From the human T2T-CHM13v2.0 reference genome, Homo sapiens: DNA of 64,000 nucleotides. The notes beneath the pieces are model-generated. The model was not told the DNA's origin, did no database searches, and saw only the letters and a program-made list of their open reading frames with translations. The stretch is from NCBI RefSeq assembly GCF_009914755.1, contig NC_060929.1. The stretch is one strand, 5' to 3'. Position 1 is the stretch's first letter. Each line of letters begins with the position of its first letter. Positions 36,991 through 51,012 of the stretch are shown here, one piece after another. The position numbers and the translations under genes were made by a program.

Positions 36991-38007
36991 TTACATTTTG
37001 GCATGATTTTGCAGCGGCTGGTACCGGTTGTTCCTTTCCATGTTTAGCGCTTCCTTCAGGAGCTCTTTTAGGGCAGGCCTGGTGGTGACAAAATCTCTCA
37101 GCATTTGCTTGTCTATAAAGTATTTTATTTCTCCTTCACTTATGAAGCTTAGTTTGGCTGGATATGAAATTCTGGGTTGAAAATTCTTTTCTTTAAGAAT
37201 GTTGAATATTGGCCCCCACTCTCTTCTGGCTTGTAGGGTTTCTGCCGAGAGATCCGCTGTTAGTCTGATGGGCTTTCCTTTGAGGGTAACCCGACCTTTC
37301 TCTCTGGTTGCCCTTAACATTTTTTCCTTCATTTCAACTTTGGTGAATCTGACAATTATGTGTCTTGGAGTTGCTCTTCTCGAGGAGTATCTTTGTGGCG
37401 TTCTCTGTATTTCCTGAATCTGAACGTTGGCCTGCCTTGCTAGATTGGGGAAGTTCTCCTGGATAATATCCTGCAGAGTGTTTTCCAACTTGGTTCCATT
37501 CTCCACATCACTTTCAGGTACACCAATCAGACGTAGATTTGGTCTTTTCACATAGTCCCATATTTCTTGGAGGCTTTGCTCATTTCTTTTTATTCTTTTT
37601 TCTCTAAACTTCCCTTCTCGCTTCATTTCATTCATTTCATCTTCCATTGCTGATACCCTTTCTTCCAGTTGATCGCATCGGCTCCTGAGGCTTCTGCATT
37701 CTTCACGTAGTTCTCGAGCCTTGGTTTTCAGCTCCATCAGCTCCTTTAAGCACTTCTCTGTATTGGTTATTCTAGTTATACATTCTTCTAAATTTTTTTC
37801 AAAGTTTTCAACTTCTTTGCCTTTGGTTTGAATGTCCTCCCGTAGCTCAGAGTAATTTGATCGTCTGAAGCCTTCTTCTCTCAGCTCGTCAAAATCATTC
37901 TCCATCCAGCTTTGTTCTGTTGCTGGTGAGGAACTGCGTTCCTTTGGAGGAGGAGAGGCGCTCTGCGTTTTAGAGTTTCCAGTTTTTCTGTTCTGTTTTT
38001 TCCCCAT
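36991..38007 (-). CDS. ORF1: L1 ORF1p (coiled-coil/RRM/CTD RNA-binding chaperone)
   Basis: 338-aa ORF MGKKQNRKTGNSKTQ...QNHAKM with REKG, ARR and YPAKLS motifs intact. Confidence 0.98.
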   Translation of the reverse strand: MGKKQNRKTGNSKTQSASPPPKERSSSPATEQSWMENDFDELREEGFRRSNYSELREDIQTKGKEVENFEKNLEECITRITNTEKCLKELMELKTKARELREECRSLRSRCDQLEERVSAMEDEMNEMKREGKFREKRIKRNEQSLQEIWDYVKRPNLRLIGVPESDVENGTKLENTLQDIIQENFPNLARQANVQIQEIQRTPQRYSSRRATPRHIIVRFTKVEMKEKMLRATREKGRVTLKGKPIRLTADLSAETLQARREWGPIFNILKEKNFQPRISYPAKLSFISEGEIKYFIDKQMLRDFVTTRPALKELLKEALNMERNNRYQPLQNHAKM

Positions 38008-38915
38008 CTTTGTGGTTTTATCTACTTTTGGTCTTTGATGATGGTGATGTACAGATGGGTTTTCGGTGTAGATGTCCTTTCTGGTTGTTAGTTTTCCTTC
38101 TAACAGACAGGACCCTCAGCTGCAGGTCTGTTGGAATACCCTGCCGTGTGAGGTGTCAGTGTGCCCCTGCTGGGGGGTGCCTCCCAGTTAGGCTGCTCGG
38201 GGGTCAGGGGTCAGGGACCCACTTGAGGAGGCAGTCTGCCCGTTCTCAGATCTCCAGCTGCGTGCTGGGAGAACCACTGCTCTCTTCAAAGCTGTCAGAC
38301 AGGGACACTTAAGTCTGCAGAGGTTACTGCTGTCTTTTTGTTTGTCTGTGCCCTGCCCCCAGAGGTGGAGCCTACAGAGGCAGGCAGGCCTCCTTGAGCT
38401 GTGGTGGGCTCCACCCAGTTCGAGCTTCCCGGCTGCTTTGTTTACCTAAGCAAGCCTGGGCAATGGCGGGCGCCCCTCCCCCAGCCTCGTTGCCGCCTTG
38501 CAGTTTGATCTCAGACTGCTGTGCTAGCAATCAGCGAGACTCCGTGGGCGTAGGACCCTCTGAGCCAGGTGTGGGATATAGTCTCGTGGTGCGCCGTTTC
38601 TTAAGCCGGTCTGAAAAGCGCAATATTCAGGTGGGAGTGACCCGATTTTCCAGGTGCGTCCGTCACCCCTTTCTTTGACTCGGAAAGGGAACTCCCTGAC
38701 CCCTTGCGCTTCCCAGGTGAGGCAATGCCTCGCCCTGCTTCGGCTCGCGCACGGTGCGCACACACACTGGCCTGCGCCCACTGTCTGGCACTCCCTAGTG
38801 AGATGAACCCGGTACCTCAGATGGAAATGCAGAAATCACCCGTCTTCTGCGTCGCTCACGCTGGGAGCTGTAGACCGGAGCTGTTCCTATTCGGCCATCT
38901 TGGCTCCTCCTCCCC
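38008..38915 (-). promoter_or_regulatory. L1 5'UTR: CpG-rich internal sense promoter plus antisense promoter; YY1 site intact
   Basis: CpG-dense ~900 bp upstream of ORF1. YY1 motif CAAGATGGCCG lies at 38892-38902 (minus). Confidence 0.9.
38463..38678 (+). CDS. ORF0: L1 antisense ORF0 (71 aa)
   Basis: ATG at 38463 gives MAGAPPPASLPPCSLISDCC...RCVRHPFL, antisense within the L1 5'UTR. Confidence 0.88.
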   Translation: MAGAPPPASLPPCSLISDCCASNQRDSVGVGPSEPGVGYSLVVRRFLSRSEKRNIQVGVTRFSRCVRHPFL

Positions 38916-39029
38916 TTGGATGCATTTCTGCACCGGGCATTTTTTATTAACAAATAAAACATTTTAATTACAAGAGGAAAACATAAAAATTGCCTGTAAT
39001 CAGATATTTAAAAATTAAAAGCAGATATA

Positions 39030-39830
39030 TATCTATATTTATTTATAAAAGTGGTTTTATATTATACATGCCATTTGTAATTAGCTTTTTCCCCTTAACA
39101 ATATATCATGAAAATTTCCATGTTGTTTCATTTTTTTTGTCTATCAACATTTTAATAGCTGCATAGTTATTCCCTGTGCGTAGTGCCATAATATATTAAG
39201 TCAGTCCTTCATTGTTTAGACAGTGAGGCTATTTCCAACTTTTTGCTTGTATAAACAATGCTTCACTGAACACCTAAATGCATGTATCTTTAGCCATGAT
39301 GATTTTCATTAGGGATAAATGCTTAAAAATGGAATTGCTATGACAAAGTTTATGCATGTTTTAGAAGTTATTAGTAGATTTTGCAATATTGCCTTCCCAA
39401 AAGGCTTTACCAATTTACCCTCCTAGAACAGTGTATGAGGTTGTTTTCCTGTCTGGCCTCCTATCAACAAGTGCTTAAAAAATTTTAAGCATATTTGCTG
39501 GTTTGATAGGCAAAAATGTTATTTGACTTTTAGTTGGGTTTCCTGAATTATTAGTGTGAATGAATGTTTTCATGTTTATTGTCTATTTGTGTGTCTTCTT
39601 TCATGAATTGCTTATTTACATCTTTCGCTCATTTTTCTATTGGAGTGTGGTTTTTCCCTAAGTGTTTTTTATATGTTAAGGATAATAAATATCTACTATC
39701 TTTTATATTATAAACAACTTCTTCTCCTAATATAGTTTAAGGTAATTTCCTTTTTTATATTCAGAAGTTTTTTAATTTTATGCAGTCAAATCCATCATCA
39801 TTCCTTTGTGGTTTCTGCCTTTGACATATG
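39030..39830 (-). mobile_element. Ancient L1M fragment
   Basis: Degenerate antisense L1 motifs (aatagctgcatag...ttcc; ggaattgct; accaatttaccctcc; catttttctattgg). Confidence 0.6.
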
Positions 39831-42800
39831 CCTAGCCGTGTATGTATGTTGCATTTTAGCCTTTTATTTTAAACATTATAAATGCAATGCACAGATCCTC
39901 CTTATGAAGGAGCCAAATGGGAGATACAAGTGTAACATAGAAAGCAGAAGTCCTCTCCCCTGCCCCTACCTCTGCATTCCCATGCCCCAGAAGTCCCTAC
40001 CGTTAACATTTTGATTGCCCTTAGTCTTTAAAACAGATGTATTTGGTCTTTGTCCAATGGAACAATCTTTTTCACTGGCTCATGCTTTGAAGGTGTGGAC
40101 TGCTGATGGTTGTGGCTTTTCACCCGACCTCTTTTCTATCAGCTCCTTATTGTCCACACTGCATTCTTTCTTCAGGCCCTGGGATTGGCGTGGTCCGCAT
40201 ATGTTTGGAGCTAGGGTGAGAGACTCTCTGCAGATAGGCTTTCTGGTTCCTGCTCTGGGACTCTGAGTGTCGCTTGTGTAGCAGCTGGGAGAATGAGATC
40301 AGGAAGGCAAGTCCAGCCGGCTCAGCCCCTCTCTTCTTGGGGCACGAAGTCTGGTTGCCTTTATTTTTGTGTGAATCAAACTTTCTAAAAGATGATACCC
40401 ATGTGGACACTCCATGCCCAACCAAGTCAGGCTGTCGAGAGCCACACCTGACCTTGATTGTTGGTAACCCCAGCCCCTCTAAGATGCCTAAGGCCACTCA
40501 GGCAGTGGGGCCAGGACCCAAGGCCCTGTCCTTTCAGCTGATAGTTTCAGGATGTATTATTATAATGGATCAATCCTTGAAATGCTTTCATCAACACCAC
40601 AGGAACTAAATGCTCTGAAATTTTCTGATTCATCTTTATGGAAGGTTAAAATAAAAATAACATTTTTTCCCACCACATTGAACAGAAGCCAGTCTCCAAC
40701 CTTCACACGGTGTTCCTTAGAACAGGATTACACACTCCACTCGAGGGAAGTCAAATGCTCCTCTTCCCTCTGCGCCTGCCTGATTTGCTTTCCAAATCAA
40801 GAAGTTGGATAGAGTGAAAGGCTGGTTTCATTTGCAGAACATTTTGGCATCTGATTTTTGTTCCTGTTCAGTAGTTTTAGAAAATATACGGGTTCAGCTC
40901 AGGTTCAAGCTGGTCTACTATTTTTTTTTTTTTTTTTCTGGAAAAAAACACTTTGGTTTGTTCCACTGTGTTTGGTAACAAAATTAATGTTTGGGCCCAG
41001 CTCAGGGTTCAGTGAACGGGTGCGGGTTGTTTTGGTCATGGATGGACAGTGAGAGCTCTTGATTGGGACTGGATTTCTTCTGCTGCAGGGGTGAATTGCT
41101 CGTCTGTTAGCCAGCCGCCCTCCAGCTCCAGAGTGTGGCCTCAGAACTCCCTGGATGACGCCTCACCTCCTGGCCAGATGGTGAATGGGGCTCTGTGTGG
41201 AGGGGATGCAGTCTGGGCAGAGCAGGCAAAGCTGGGAGGCAAGTGGCATGTTCCTTGGGATGCTTCCCCCACCAACTCACAGACCTGGGCTGCTGGGAGA
41301 GGCAGCCCCAAATGCTATTTGACCCTTCCTTTTGCTGGAACTGCATCTTCTGGAGATCTGTTCACCACAGACAAATCCATTGGCAGGTGTCCGGAAGGAA
41401 GCAATATAGAACAAGCAGCCCTGTGCCAGGGCCGTGTCTGTGAAGCAGAGCGGTATGATGCAGAAGTTTGTCATCTTCAAGAATCCCTGTCCTGGCGCAC
41501 CTAGCCTGGTGACCTCTGCCAAGTGACTTGTTTCCTTCAAGCTTCCATGTCTTCACCTCTACGGTGGAGAGACTGAGCTAATAACTGTCTTCCACCTGCA
41601 AGATGGAGGTGAGGACCACATAGGAGCTGGCACGTAATGGATTTAGCATAGTGCCTGGATTATGGTGAAGTGCAACAAGCTTAGCCACTCTTGAGTTTTG
41701 AGGGACACACCACACATGCATGAACATATGAAGGTGGTATAAGAACCAATAAGTGCACAGGTGAATAAATGCTGCAGGAGTTCAAAGCAGGGAGAGAGGG
41801 CTTCCCTAGGGTTCCAGGGAGGGCAGGCATTCTGGTGATTTGAACTGGGCCTCAAAAGAGGATTCCATTGAAAGGAAGGTGAAGACAAACCTAGCATGTT
41901 CTTCTCAGAGCTTGGGAAGAGATCTATGCATCATATACCCACTGCCTTTGTTTTAGATGTTGAAGGCCTTGAGCAAAGTCATATGTCAAATTAGTAGCAG
42001 AGCTGGGGCTAGAGGCAGTGACTTCTCTTGTACTTTTTCCATCACACCTTGCTGGCCATTGGAATTTCTCTTAGTCACTATGCGTTTGTTTGCAAGTGAC
42101 AGGAAAAAAACTCAGTTCACACCGGCTTAAGCAGAAAAGCAAAGAAAAACAACAGCAGCAGCATCCCAACAATAACAGAGAAGAGAACGTACTGACTTCT
42201 CCCTTGGACAGACTCTCCCACGGGGGCTCCTGGCATCTCCAAGCTTACCTGCTTCCAGCCTCACATCCAGGAGAAGGAAAGCATCTCGCTCCCTTCAAAC
42301 AATCCCATGTCAAACAATCAAGTCTCACCAGCCTGGTTGTGCTCACGGGCCTCCCAAACCAATCACTGTGGCGAGAGTTTTATTTATTTATTTTGTTGTA
42401 CTCTGATTGGCCAGACTTTGACCACCCGCTCACCCTTGGAGTCTTCAGAATGACACGGTCTGGGGTGTTCTTACTGGTAGAAGAGGGAGTGGCTTCTGGG
42501 CAGACAAAAACAGCAGTGCCCATTCAGTGTGGTCACAAGGTTTACACACTTCTTGTGGAGAAGGAGCAGGAGAGGGACCACCACCAAGAGGTGAGAGGCT
42601 CCTTTTCCCTCTGAGTTCTGAGTCAATGCTTAGCTAGTGGTAGCAGAATAACTATACAGTTTGCCCGTGCCCCCGGGAACAGAAGAAGCCGGGCGCCCAT
42701 TGTGTGGTCCTGGCACATGCACTATGGGGCCGATCCAAGATGGGTCTGGAGAGCTGCCTATTAGAGCTCTGGGTCAGTGAACCACGGGAGTTGAGTTGGT

Positions 42801-43970
42801 GACTGTTGGAGATTCCAGAGGCAGTGTGGTGAGACAAAGGCAAGCTTGATGAGGGGAGGAGTCCACGAGCATGGTGTAGGCAGGCCTAGGGGCCAGGTTC
42901 AGAGCCGGGATGAGGAATTGCATGCCTGAATGACCCATGGCATGTGGCTGTTTTTCCCCTGGGCAGGGAGCCAGCTTGGCCCCGGTGGCCACTCTGGGTG
43001 GTGGTGGATATCCCGGAGACAGCTCATTCCCCGCTTTGGGGCTGCCGGGAGAGGAGGGAAGAAGAGCCCGCGTGGTTGTATGTTGTCTTCGGAGTGAGAT
43101 GGAAAGCACGGGTTGGGAAAGGTGACCTGCAGGCACACCAGCCCCGGGCTGTGGGGGGATGCTCAGAGCCCACCTGGCTTCGCCTGTTTGCAGCTCCTTT
43201 CTTAAGACATGTTCTGCAGAGAGATGAGGATTTGCACGCGGCTGATGTGTGGAGGAAGTGCTTCCAGGGAAACAGCGAGGAATGGGAAGCAGCACAGGGC
43301 AGGGGAAGAAGCCAAGGGACGCCTCAGCCGGAGGCCCATGAGGGTCGCTTCAGTCTGATCCTGCAGGGGACTCTGGAGTGTTAGCTACTACTCAGGGCTG
43401 GTAGAGAGCTGGGCTTTCATACCCCGGGATCGTCAGGCATTGGCTGAGGGCCACCCCAGAGGACTGTCAACTCCCAAACGCTTCTCTCAGGTTCAGACTT
43501 TTGGAACAAAACACATGGAAGGTGGGGGATGGGTACCAGCAACAGCAAATACACTTTCCTGGGTGAGGGGATGGTGGGGGGGTTGGTGTGGAGGGGACAT
43601 TGGATGAAGCAGGGACACTCTCTGCTCCAGGAGTTTTTTTTCTGGTCACAAAACTTCACCACATGCGTTCTGGCTGAGAGCCCATGGGCAGACTTCTTCC
43701 CCATGTGGATGAGTCTAGAGAACACCCAGGTCTGTATCTCCAGGGCCCCTGTATTAACTGCATCTAAGAAAACTGACCTAAGCACAATGAGCTCATCACA
43801 CTGAGCAGGACAAGGGCAGGCTGGCTTCAGGCATGGCTGCACTCAGGTGTCCAGATGGTGTAGCAGGGGCTCTGTTTCCTGCCTCTGCTTCCCTCTCTGC
43901 TGGCTCTGTCCTCAGGCTGGTGTTCACCTCATGGTGGGGGGATGGCCGCCAACAGTGGAAAAAGAGAGTA

Positions 43971-44773
<803 letters not shown>

Positions 44774-44893
44774 TGCTTTGCTTTTAGGTCTTCAGCAAGG
44801 GCCATGGAAGGCACTCTGACTGGGTCACATGCACATCCCTGAACTAATCTCTGATGCTCTGAGTGACCAGGCCTGGTCACCTTATCTGTGCAC

Positions 44894-44947
44894 TGTGTGT
44901 GTGTGTGTGTGTGTGCACGTGTGTGTGTGTGCATGCGTGCATGTGTG
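44894..44947. repeat. (TG)n microsatellite
   Basis: Seen directly. Confidence 0.9.
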
Positions 44948-45229
44948 GCACTTTCCCAAGGAACATCAGGGCTGTGTGACTAGAGGAGGAGACTAGATTA
45001 AGGTTGGGTCCCAGATGGTTATACCACAAGGGTCTCATGTCCTCCCTTAATGCTCACGGTGCCGTGTCCCTGACCTCAGAGGCTGACCTCAGATCTCAGG
45101 GGCCAGAGTCTCCTCTGCATGCACGCAGTGGATGTTGCTGTGCGCATTCATTCACTGTGCTTTTCCATAGAGGATTTCAATAAAAATTAACAAAATCACA
45201 TGTAGGTTCATTATAAACACTCAAACAGC

Positions 45230-45470
45230 ATATAAAATATATAAATTCGTAAATATATAAGATATAAATATAACATTTCAAATATACTATATGAAGCATA
45301 TTTATCTTATATTTATATAACTATATATTTATAAGTATTTATTTATATTTATGTATAAATGTCTACATTTATATAATTATAATTCATATTATATTTATTT
45401 ATATTTACTACATAAATGTATATATTACACATAAATATTGATCCATGTTCACTATATATGCATAATATAA
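45230..45470. repeat. AT-rich low-complexity tract
   Basis: Seen directly. Confidence 0.8.
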
Positions 45471-45699
45471 AATAGAAGTGCAAAGCACTCATAATCCCAA
45501 CCCCATAGAAAATTGGCTGTTTGTATTTTTGAGACTATAGCTCTCTACATACCCCTTCCACCATCTCAGTTACCCAAATTTCCGCCTCTTTCTTTAATAG
45601 CCAAATAAAATCACTGCACCCCTGCCTTTTGTGGCTGCAGGAAAGCCCACCTCCCCTGACTGTGACTTAGCACTTCCTCCTCCCACCTCCATGTGTCCA

Positions 45700-46150
45700 T
45701 TCCAACACTTCCTCCCTGGTGCCTGTGACATAAGGGGCATGTGTAGGCGCTTCAAGTGCGTTGTTGACCAACATAGGCTGAGATGTGTGCTGGTACAGAG
45801 CTTACATTTTGTGGGGATTGGACAGTTAACAATGAGCAAATAAATGACCTGTCTATTACCAGATGCAGGGTGTAGGGACTGAGATAGGCGATGGGGCAGC
45901 AGGTGGGAGCAGTATCTAGGGGTTGAGGGTGGGTCTCTCATGGAAGGTGAGATTGGAGCAGAGACTTGAAGCGGGGAGGTGGCTGCCTAGGGGAAAAGTG
46001 TCCCAGGCAGAGGGAACAGCCAGCGTGAAGTCTCTTGTGTTGGGAACGTGCATGGAAGTGTGTGTGTGGAAGGAAGGGAGGCAGGGCCACATGGTGGGGA
46101 ATCTTGGAAGCTGGGAGGGCATGGCTTTAACGAGACAAAAATGGGGAGCC
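45700..46150 (-). mobile_element. L2 fragment
   Basis: ggaaggtgagattggagcagagacttgaag...ccaggcagagggaacagc. Confidence 0.7.
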
Positions 46151-46447
46151 ACAGGCAGGCTGTGCGTGAGGAGAGATGACTCTGGGTTCCCACATGAGGC
46201 TGCTCTTGGCTTTCTCCTGCTCCCCAGCCCCCAACGTTATCTTCAGCCTGGGCAGGGCTCCCTCCATTCCCCATGGTGGGCCACAGCTGAGGCAGACAAG
46301 GTGATGTAAGGACTCAGGGACCTTTATCACCATGTAAGCAAAGTATGGGCCTGCAGGTATGGGTGTGTAAATACGTAGATGTGTACACAGAAGAATAAGG
46401 AAGGACTGAGGAAATCCAGAGCTGGGCTGCAGCAGGAATTGGGCATG

Positions 46448-46812
46448 TGATATGGTTTGACTGTGTCCCCACCCAAATGTCATCTTGAATTGTAGCTCCC
46501 ATAATCCCCACATGTCATGGGAGGGACCTGGTGGGAGGTAATTGAATCATGGGGGTGGGTCTTCCCTGTGCTGTTCTGGTGATACTGAATAAGTCTCATG
46601 AGAGCTCAGGGTTTTGTAAAGGGCGTTTCCCCTGTAAACACTCTCTTGCCTGCTGCCATGTAAGATGTGCCTTGGCTCCTCTTTTGCCTTCTGCCACAAT
46701 TGTGAGGCCTTCCCAGTGATGTGGAACTGTGAGTCCATTAAACCTCTTTTTCTTTATAAATTACCCAGTCTTGGGTATGTCTTTGTTAGCAGCATGAGAA
46801 TGGACTAATACA
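46448..46812 (+). mobile_element. THE1 solo LTR
   Basis: TG...CA termini with perfect 5-bp TSD GCATG at 46443-46447 and 46813-46817. Confidence 0.9.
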
Positions 46813-47784
46813 GCATGTAAGGGGAAACCTCCAAGACTGGCTTCTGTACTATTGCTTGTATCTTGTAGAAGGTTGTATTTTTGTTCTAACTGTGTAATGC
46901 TCAGGCCCTGGTTGTGGGGCTGTGGGCAGGGGCATGTAATAGGAGCCTCCCCCAAAGGGTGCTCTTGTGGCTGCTGCTGCTGCTGGACATATTTTGGCTC
47001 CTCCACTCCTAGCTGAGTTCCTCCTGCCTTCTTCCCTCCATCTTAGGGTCCTCAAAATGTCTGTGGAGTTTCCAGGCCAATGGACACTGCTGGCCACAAA
47101 GCTTTCCTCCTCCAGGAAGAGGCTCTGTACTTGATTTTGCAGCTTGACCAAACTTGTTCTCTCCAGGCTTCCACCACACCTGCTACCACCACCACCTGAC
47201 TTCTCTCTGTCCCTCTCTCTTCTTTACCAATTCCACTTTTGACCCTCTCTGTCTCTTTCTCTCTCTTTGAGTTCCAACTTCAGCTTCTTGCACCAGCTGC
47301 TGACCCTCTCTGTAAGTTTTCTTGTTCACATTCACTAAGACCAAGGATCAAAATAGTATGGTACAGTTAGCCAACCCTTGTTTCTAACCCAGGCCACGTG
47401 GTAGATCAATAAATTAGCTGAAGGGGGAAGAAAGGTGCCAATGTGCTATTTCAGCTTGTGGGATGGCGTGTGTGACATCCAGTTGTCGTTCCACACTCTA
47501 GGTGTCCAATGACCTGCTTACATGTTTGGGAAGACAGATATAAGTCCCGTTTCCTGGGGGAAGTGCTTTGATTTTTACCTGTAGCTACTGTCCAAAGAGT
47601 CTGTTGCTTTTTGTGATTTCTTATGCTGTACTTCAGGTTTCCATCTGTTAGTCATTCAACAAATATTTATGGAGCATCCAGGCCTTGTGTTAGATATTGG
47701 AGATGTAGAGACAATCATAACCATAGTGCTGGCCACTGGGAGAAACATACTCATAAGCTGTGGAAAGTTTCCAGGAGAAAGTTG

Positions 47785-47866
47785 TTGTCATCCTCATCAT
47801 CAACATCATCAGGGTTGTCATCATCGTCATCTTCATTGTCATCTTCATCATTGTCATCACATCATA
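47785..47866. repeat. (TCA)n imperfect trinucleotide repeat
   Basis: Seen directly. Confidence 0.85.
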
Positions 47867-47889
47867 ATGAACTTTATTCTGTTTTCAGC

Positions 47890-48070
47890 ATTCCATATGC
47901 ATAATTCACTTAATCCTTGCAACAACTCTATGAAGTCGATACTATTATTACCCCTATTTTATAGATGAGGAAACTAAGCACAAAGAGATTTAATAACATG
48001 CTCAAGTCAGACTGCTAAAAAAATGCTAGAGCCGAGATTTGAATGTCAGTGGTTTGATTCCAGAGTCAGA
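47890..48070 (-). mobile_element. MIR
   Basis: cctattttatagatgaggaaactaagcac...gatttgaa. Confidence 0.75.
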
Positions 48071-49349
48071 GAAGTAGCTATGGCCATCAGTGCTTTACTG
48101 CATCATTTAGTGTCCTGATGAACCTTGGTTTTATGAGACATTAATAGACATTCCAGAAGGAAAGGTGGGGTAGTTAAGCAGTTGAGAAAATGCTGGGCCA
48201 AATGAGGGAAACAAGTAGCTTTCTTTATTGCAGGCCTTCTCAGAAGCTTTAATTTGTTAAGTTATTAATTTCTAAAGGCAACGGTTTCTAAACTTAGCTG
48301 AACAGGCTTTCAGGGTTGGACACACCTATCAACATTGCATGGAGCTGGTATGTCACGGAATCCAATATAAGGAAGGCTGTTTTGTGGCTTGTTTTTCCTT
48401 GCCATTCCTACTTGTTTTTCTACTTCACCTTTCTATGACAACTGCATGGGCATCCTAATACCACTCACTCTACTCATGTGACCCACCCAGTGTAGGTGGG
48501 TGGATTTCATGTTGAGGATGTTCTGACACTCCATCCTCAATGGCGTTCGTTGTGTCAGTAATGAGGCTGGTGTGGAGTAGAGCAGACACTGAGCTGGGCT
48601 GGTGGGGTGGCATATAAGGGCAGGAGGGCACCAGGAGGCCAGCTAATAAAGACCACGTATGGTCTGCTGAAATACCACGTGACAAAGCAGGGCCGGTGTC
48701 TGGAGTCTCAAACAAGGTGTGGGGTCCAAGCTGAGGTTGATCTTCAGAATCCAGGCTGGGGCCAAGGGAGCAACTGACTGTCCGTCATGTCTGCAGGGCT
48801 GGCCCAGGCAGTGGGTTTGTCCATCCACATTAATTCTGGCCATAGCAGCTTTGCTGTTGATCTTGACTTTGGTAACTTCCCTAGTGGGCCTCGCAAGGCC
48901 CAGAAGATTTTTGCTGGTCCCTGCATGAAGCAGGAATGAAGCAAGACTCACATTTTTTATTTTGAGTTGTAGTTATAGAAATCCTTCTGGAATGATCTAC
49001 ATGCCTGGTTTCTTATGACCTTCAGAATATGGGAGGCAGTTCATGGGGCAGGAGTTTAAGCCAATGTGTGTTCCTGACCTGGTGAGAACTAAACTTAAAT
49101 CAGACTAGTGGTCCAACTTCTCAGAATCCCAACTCAGAAAAAAAAAAAAGTAAGATAATGAGTTTTAAAGGGAAGGGATGTGAAAATGGAAACTCTTTAA
49201 AAATAGGGCAGTGGCAGGATTGTGTGGGGGTGTGGATTTGTAGTTGCTGGAAGACTCTGTGGGAGGTTATCAAATGCACTCATCCTCATGGCCTAGATGG
49301 CTGGTGGCCTTCCGAAGTCCATTCTTCCTTTTCAAATAACACTGCTGCC

Positions 49350-49760
49350 TCGCTGAAAAGACTTCATGTCCCAGCCTCCCTTGCAGCTAGGTGAGGTGAT
49401 CTGACTAGATTCTGTCTGATGACGTGTAAGGAGTATTGTGTGGTAATTCCAAGAAATGTCCTTGAATGAGAAGGAATAACCTTTACCTACTCTTTCTTCA
49501 TCTGGGTGCTTGGAATGCAGACATGATGCCTGGACTTCAACAGCTGTTTTAGACCATGAGGTGACCTGCCAATAATGGTAAATTTTGAAGACAGAAGGTG
49601 ACACTGTGGGGCCAGCATACCAGCCCAGGGCTTTCTACCTCTGAACTTCTTTTATGTAAAGGAGAAATAAATTTCTGTCTTATTTAAGCTACCGTTATTT
49701 GCAGGGGGGCTGGCAGGAGGGAATTTTGTTATATCAGTGAAACTGACACAGCCATAATTT
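49350..49760 (+). mobile_element. MLT1 (H/J-like) LTR
   Basis: cccagcctcccttgcagctaggtg...agaaataaatttctgtcttatttaagc. Confidence 0.6.
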
Positions 49761-51012
49761 CTAACCAAGATGGCTTGAAAAACAAAATTCTGGAGACCTG
49801 AGGTCAGAGTGGAAACCCTGAAGTGGAAACCCCAAAGGCCTCGGGGTGGTGACAAGCTCTCCTGATGGGCCCAGGCTGCAGCTGCTCACTGCCTTTTTAT
49901 CCTTCTATTTGGCTAAATCAGAGAAAGAGATGGACATAGGGTGGTGGGGAGAGGAAGCTATGACTGGTCCTAGTGAGGCTGGGCTGCCAAATGTCTTAGT
50001 CTGAAAAGGGAACAGGTTTCATATGGACAAGATGGAAGAACTGCTTGTTCCCTCTGGAAAGTTCTATTAAAATGACCAACCCAGACACACTTTAATATTA
50101 ATGGGAAATTCCTCTCGTTGTTTATGAAATCATTTTAGAGTTGATTTTAAAAAGAGAGGAGAGAGGGGGGAAAAAAGCTGTTTGTTAGCTCAACGAAGCC
50201 CCAGACAATTATTTATAGATGCATCTGAGTGGCTTGTTTTAACACGGAGCAACTGTCTGAAAAGACTCCACTTTGACACCAGTAAGCACCCCTGGCACCA
50301 AGAATAAATTTATGAATGTCTTTTATGAGAGTCAACAAACTAGACAAATAAGCCCACAGACCGTCTTCACTTCGAGAACCAGAACAAAGAGTCGTATTCG
50401 TCATTGGCTCTGGGCAGGAACCACGCCAAGCTGAGCAGCCCTCGCTCAGGCCGGATGTTCCCCTCCAGCTAATGTGATTTCTTTGGGCACTGCCACGGTG
50501 GCAGGCAGATGCCTGGTTTATTTCCATTCCTCCGCTTCTCTGATTTGTTTGGGTGGCTAAATATCTCTTTCCCAGGAGAACATCTGCTCTTTTAAAAATG
50601 GAAAAAAGCAGGAAGACCTCCAAGCTGTTGGACAGGAACTCACCCTCGAGTGAGACCGACCAGAATCTCATAAAACGTTTCTTCTGGGGTCCCCGCCACA
50701 TCTCAAGAGAGGGCCCAAGCAGCTCCTTTAGGGGTCCTGGAACCCTACCCGCTTGCATGTCCTTCAAGGCAGTTTGAATTCTGTGCTATGACGCCTGAGG
50801 CTTAATAACTGCTTTGGCCAAGTTTAGGTCATTTTTCTTGATGTCTCATTTATAGATGTCTTCTTACCATCACTAACACCCATGGTTTGGTTGGAAATGA
50901 ATCCACAGCAATGCAGAGGTGCAACAAAAATATGGTGGAAAAACTTCTAACTTGGTAGTTAAAGGGAACTTAAATACTTCTGAATGAAAAGACTCTTTGG
51001 GGAGAAATAATC

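Noticed and set aside
42090-43842. Cluster of 140-174 aa overlapping ORFs
   Set aside because: Expected in GC-rich, stop-poor sequence; they overlap on both strands and show no homology I recognise.
50213-50767. 184-aa minus-strand ORF
   Set aside because: No recognisable domain, composition typical of non-coding DNA, and no splice or promoter support visible.
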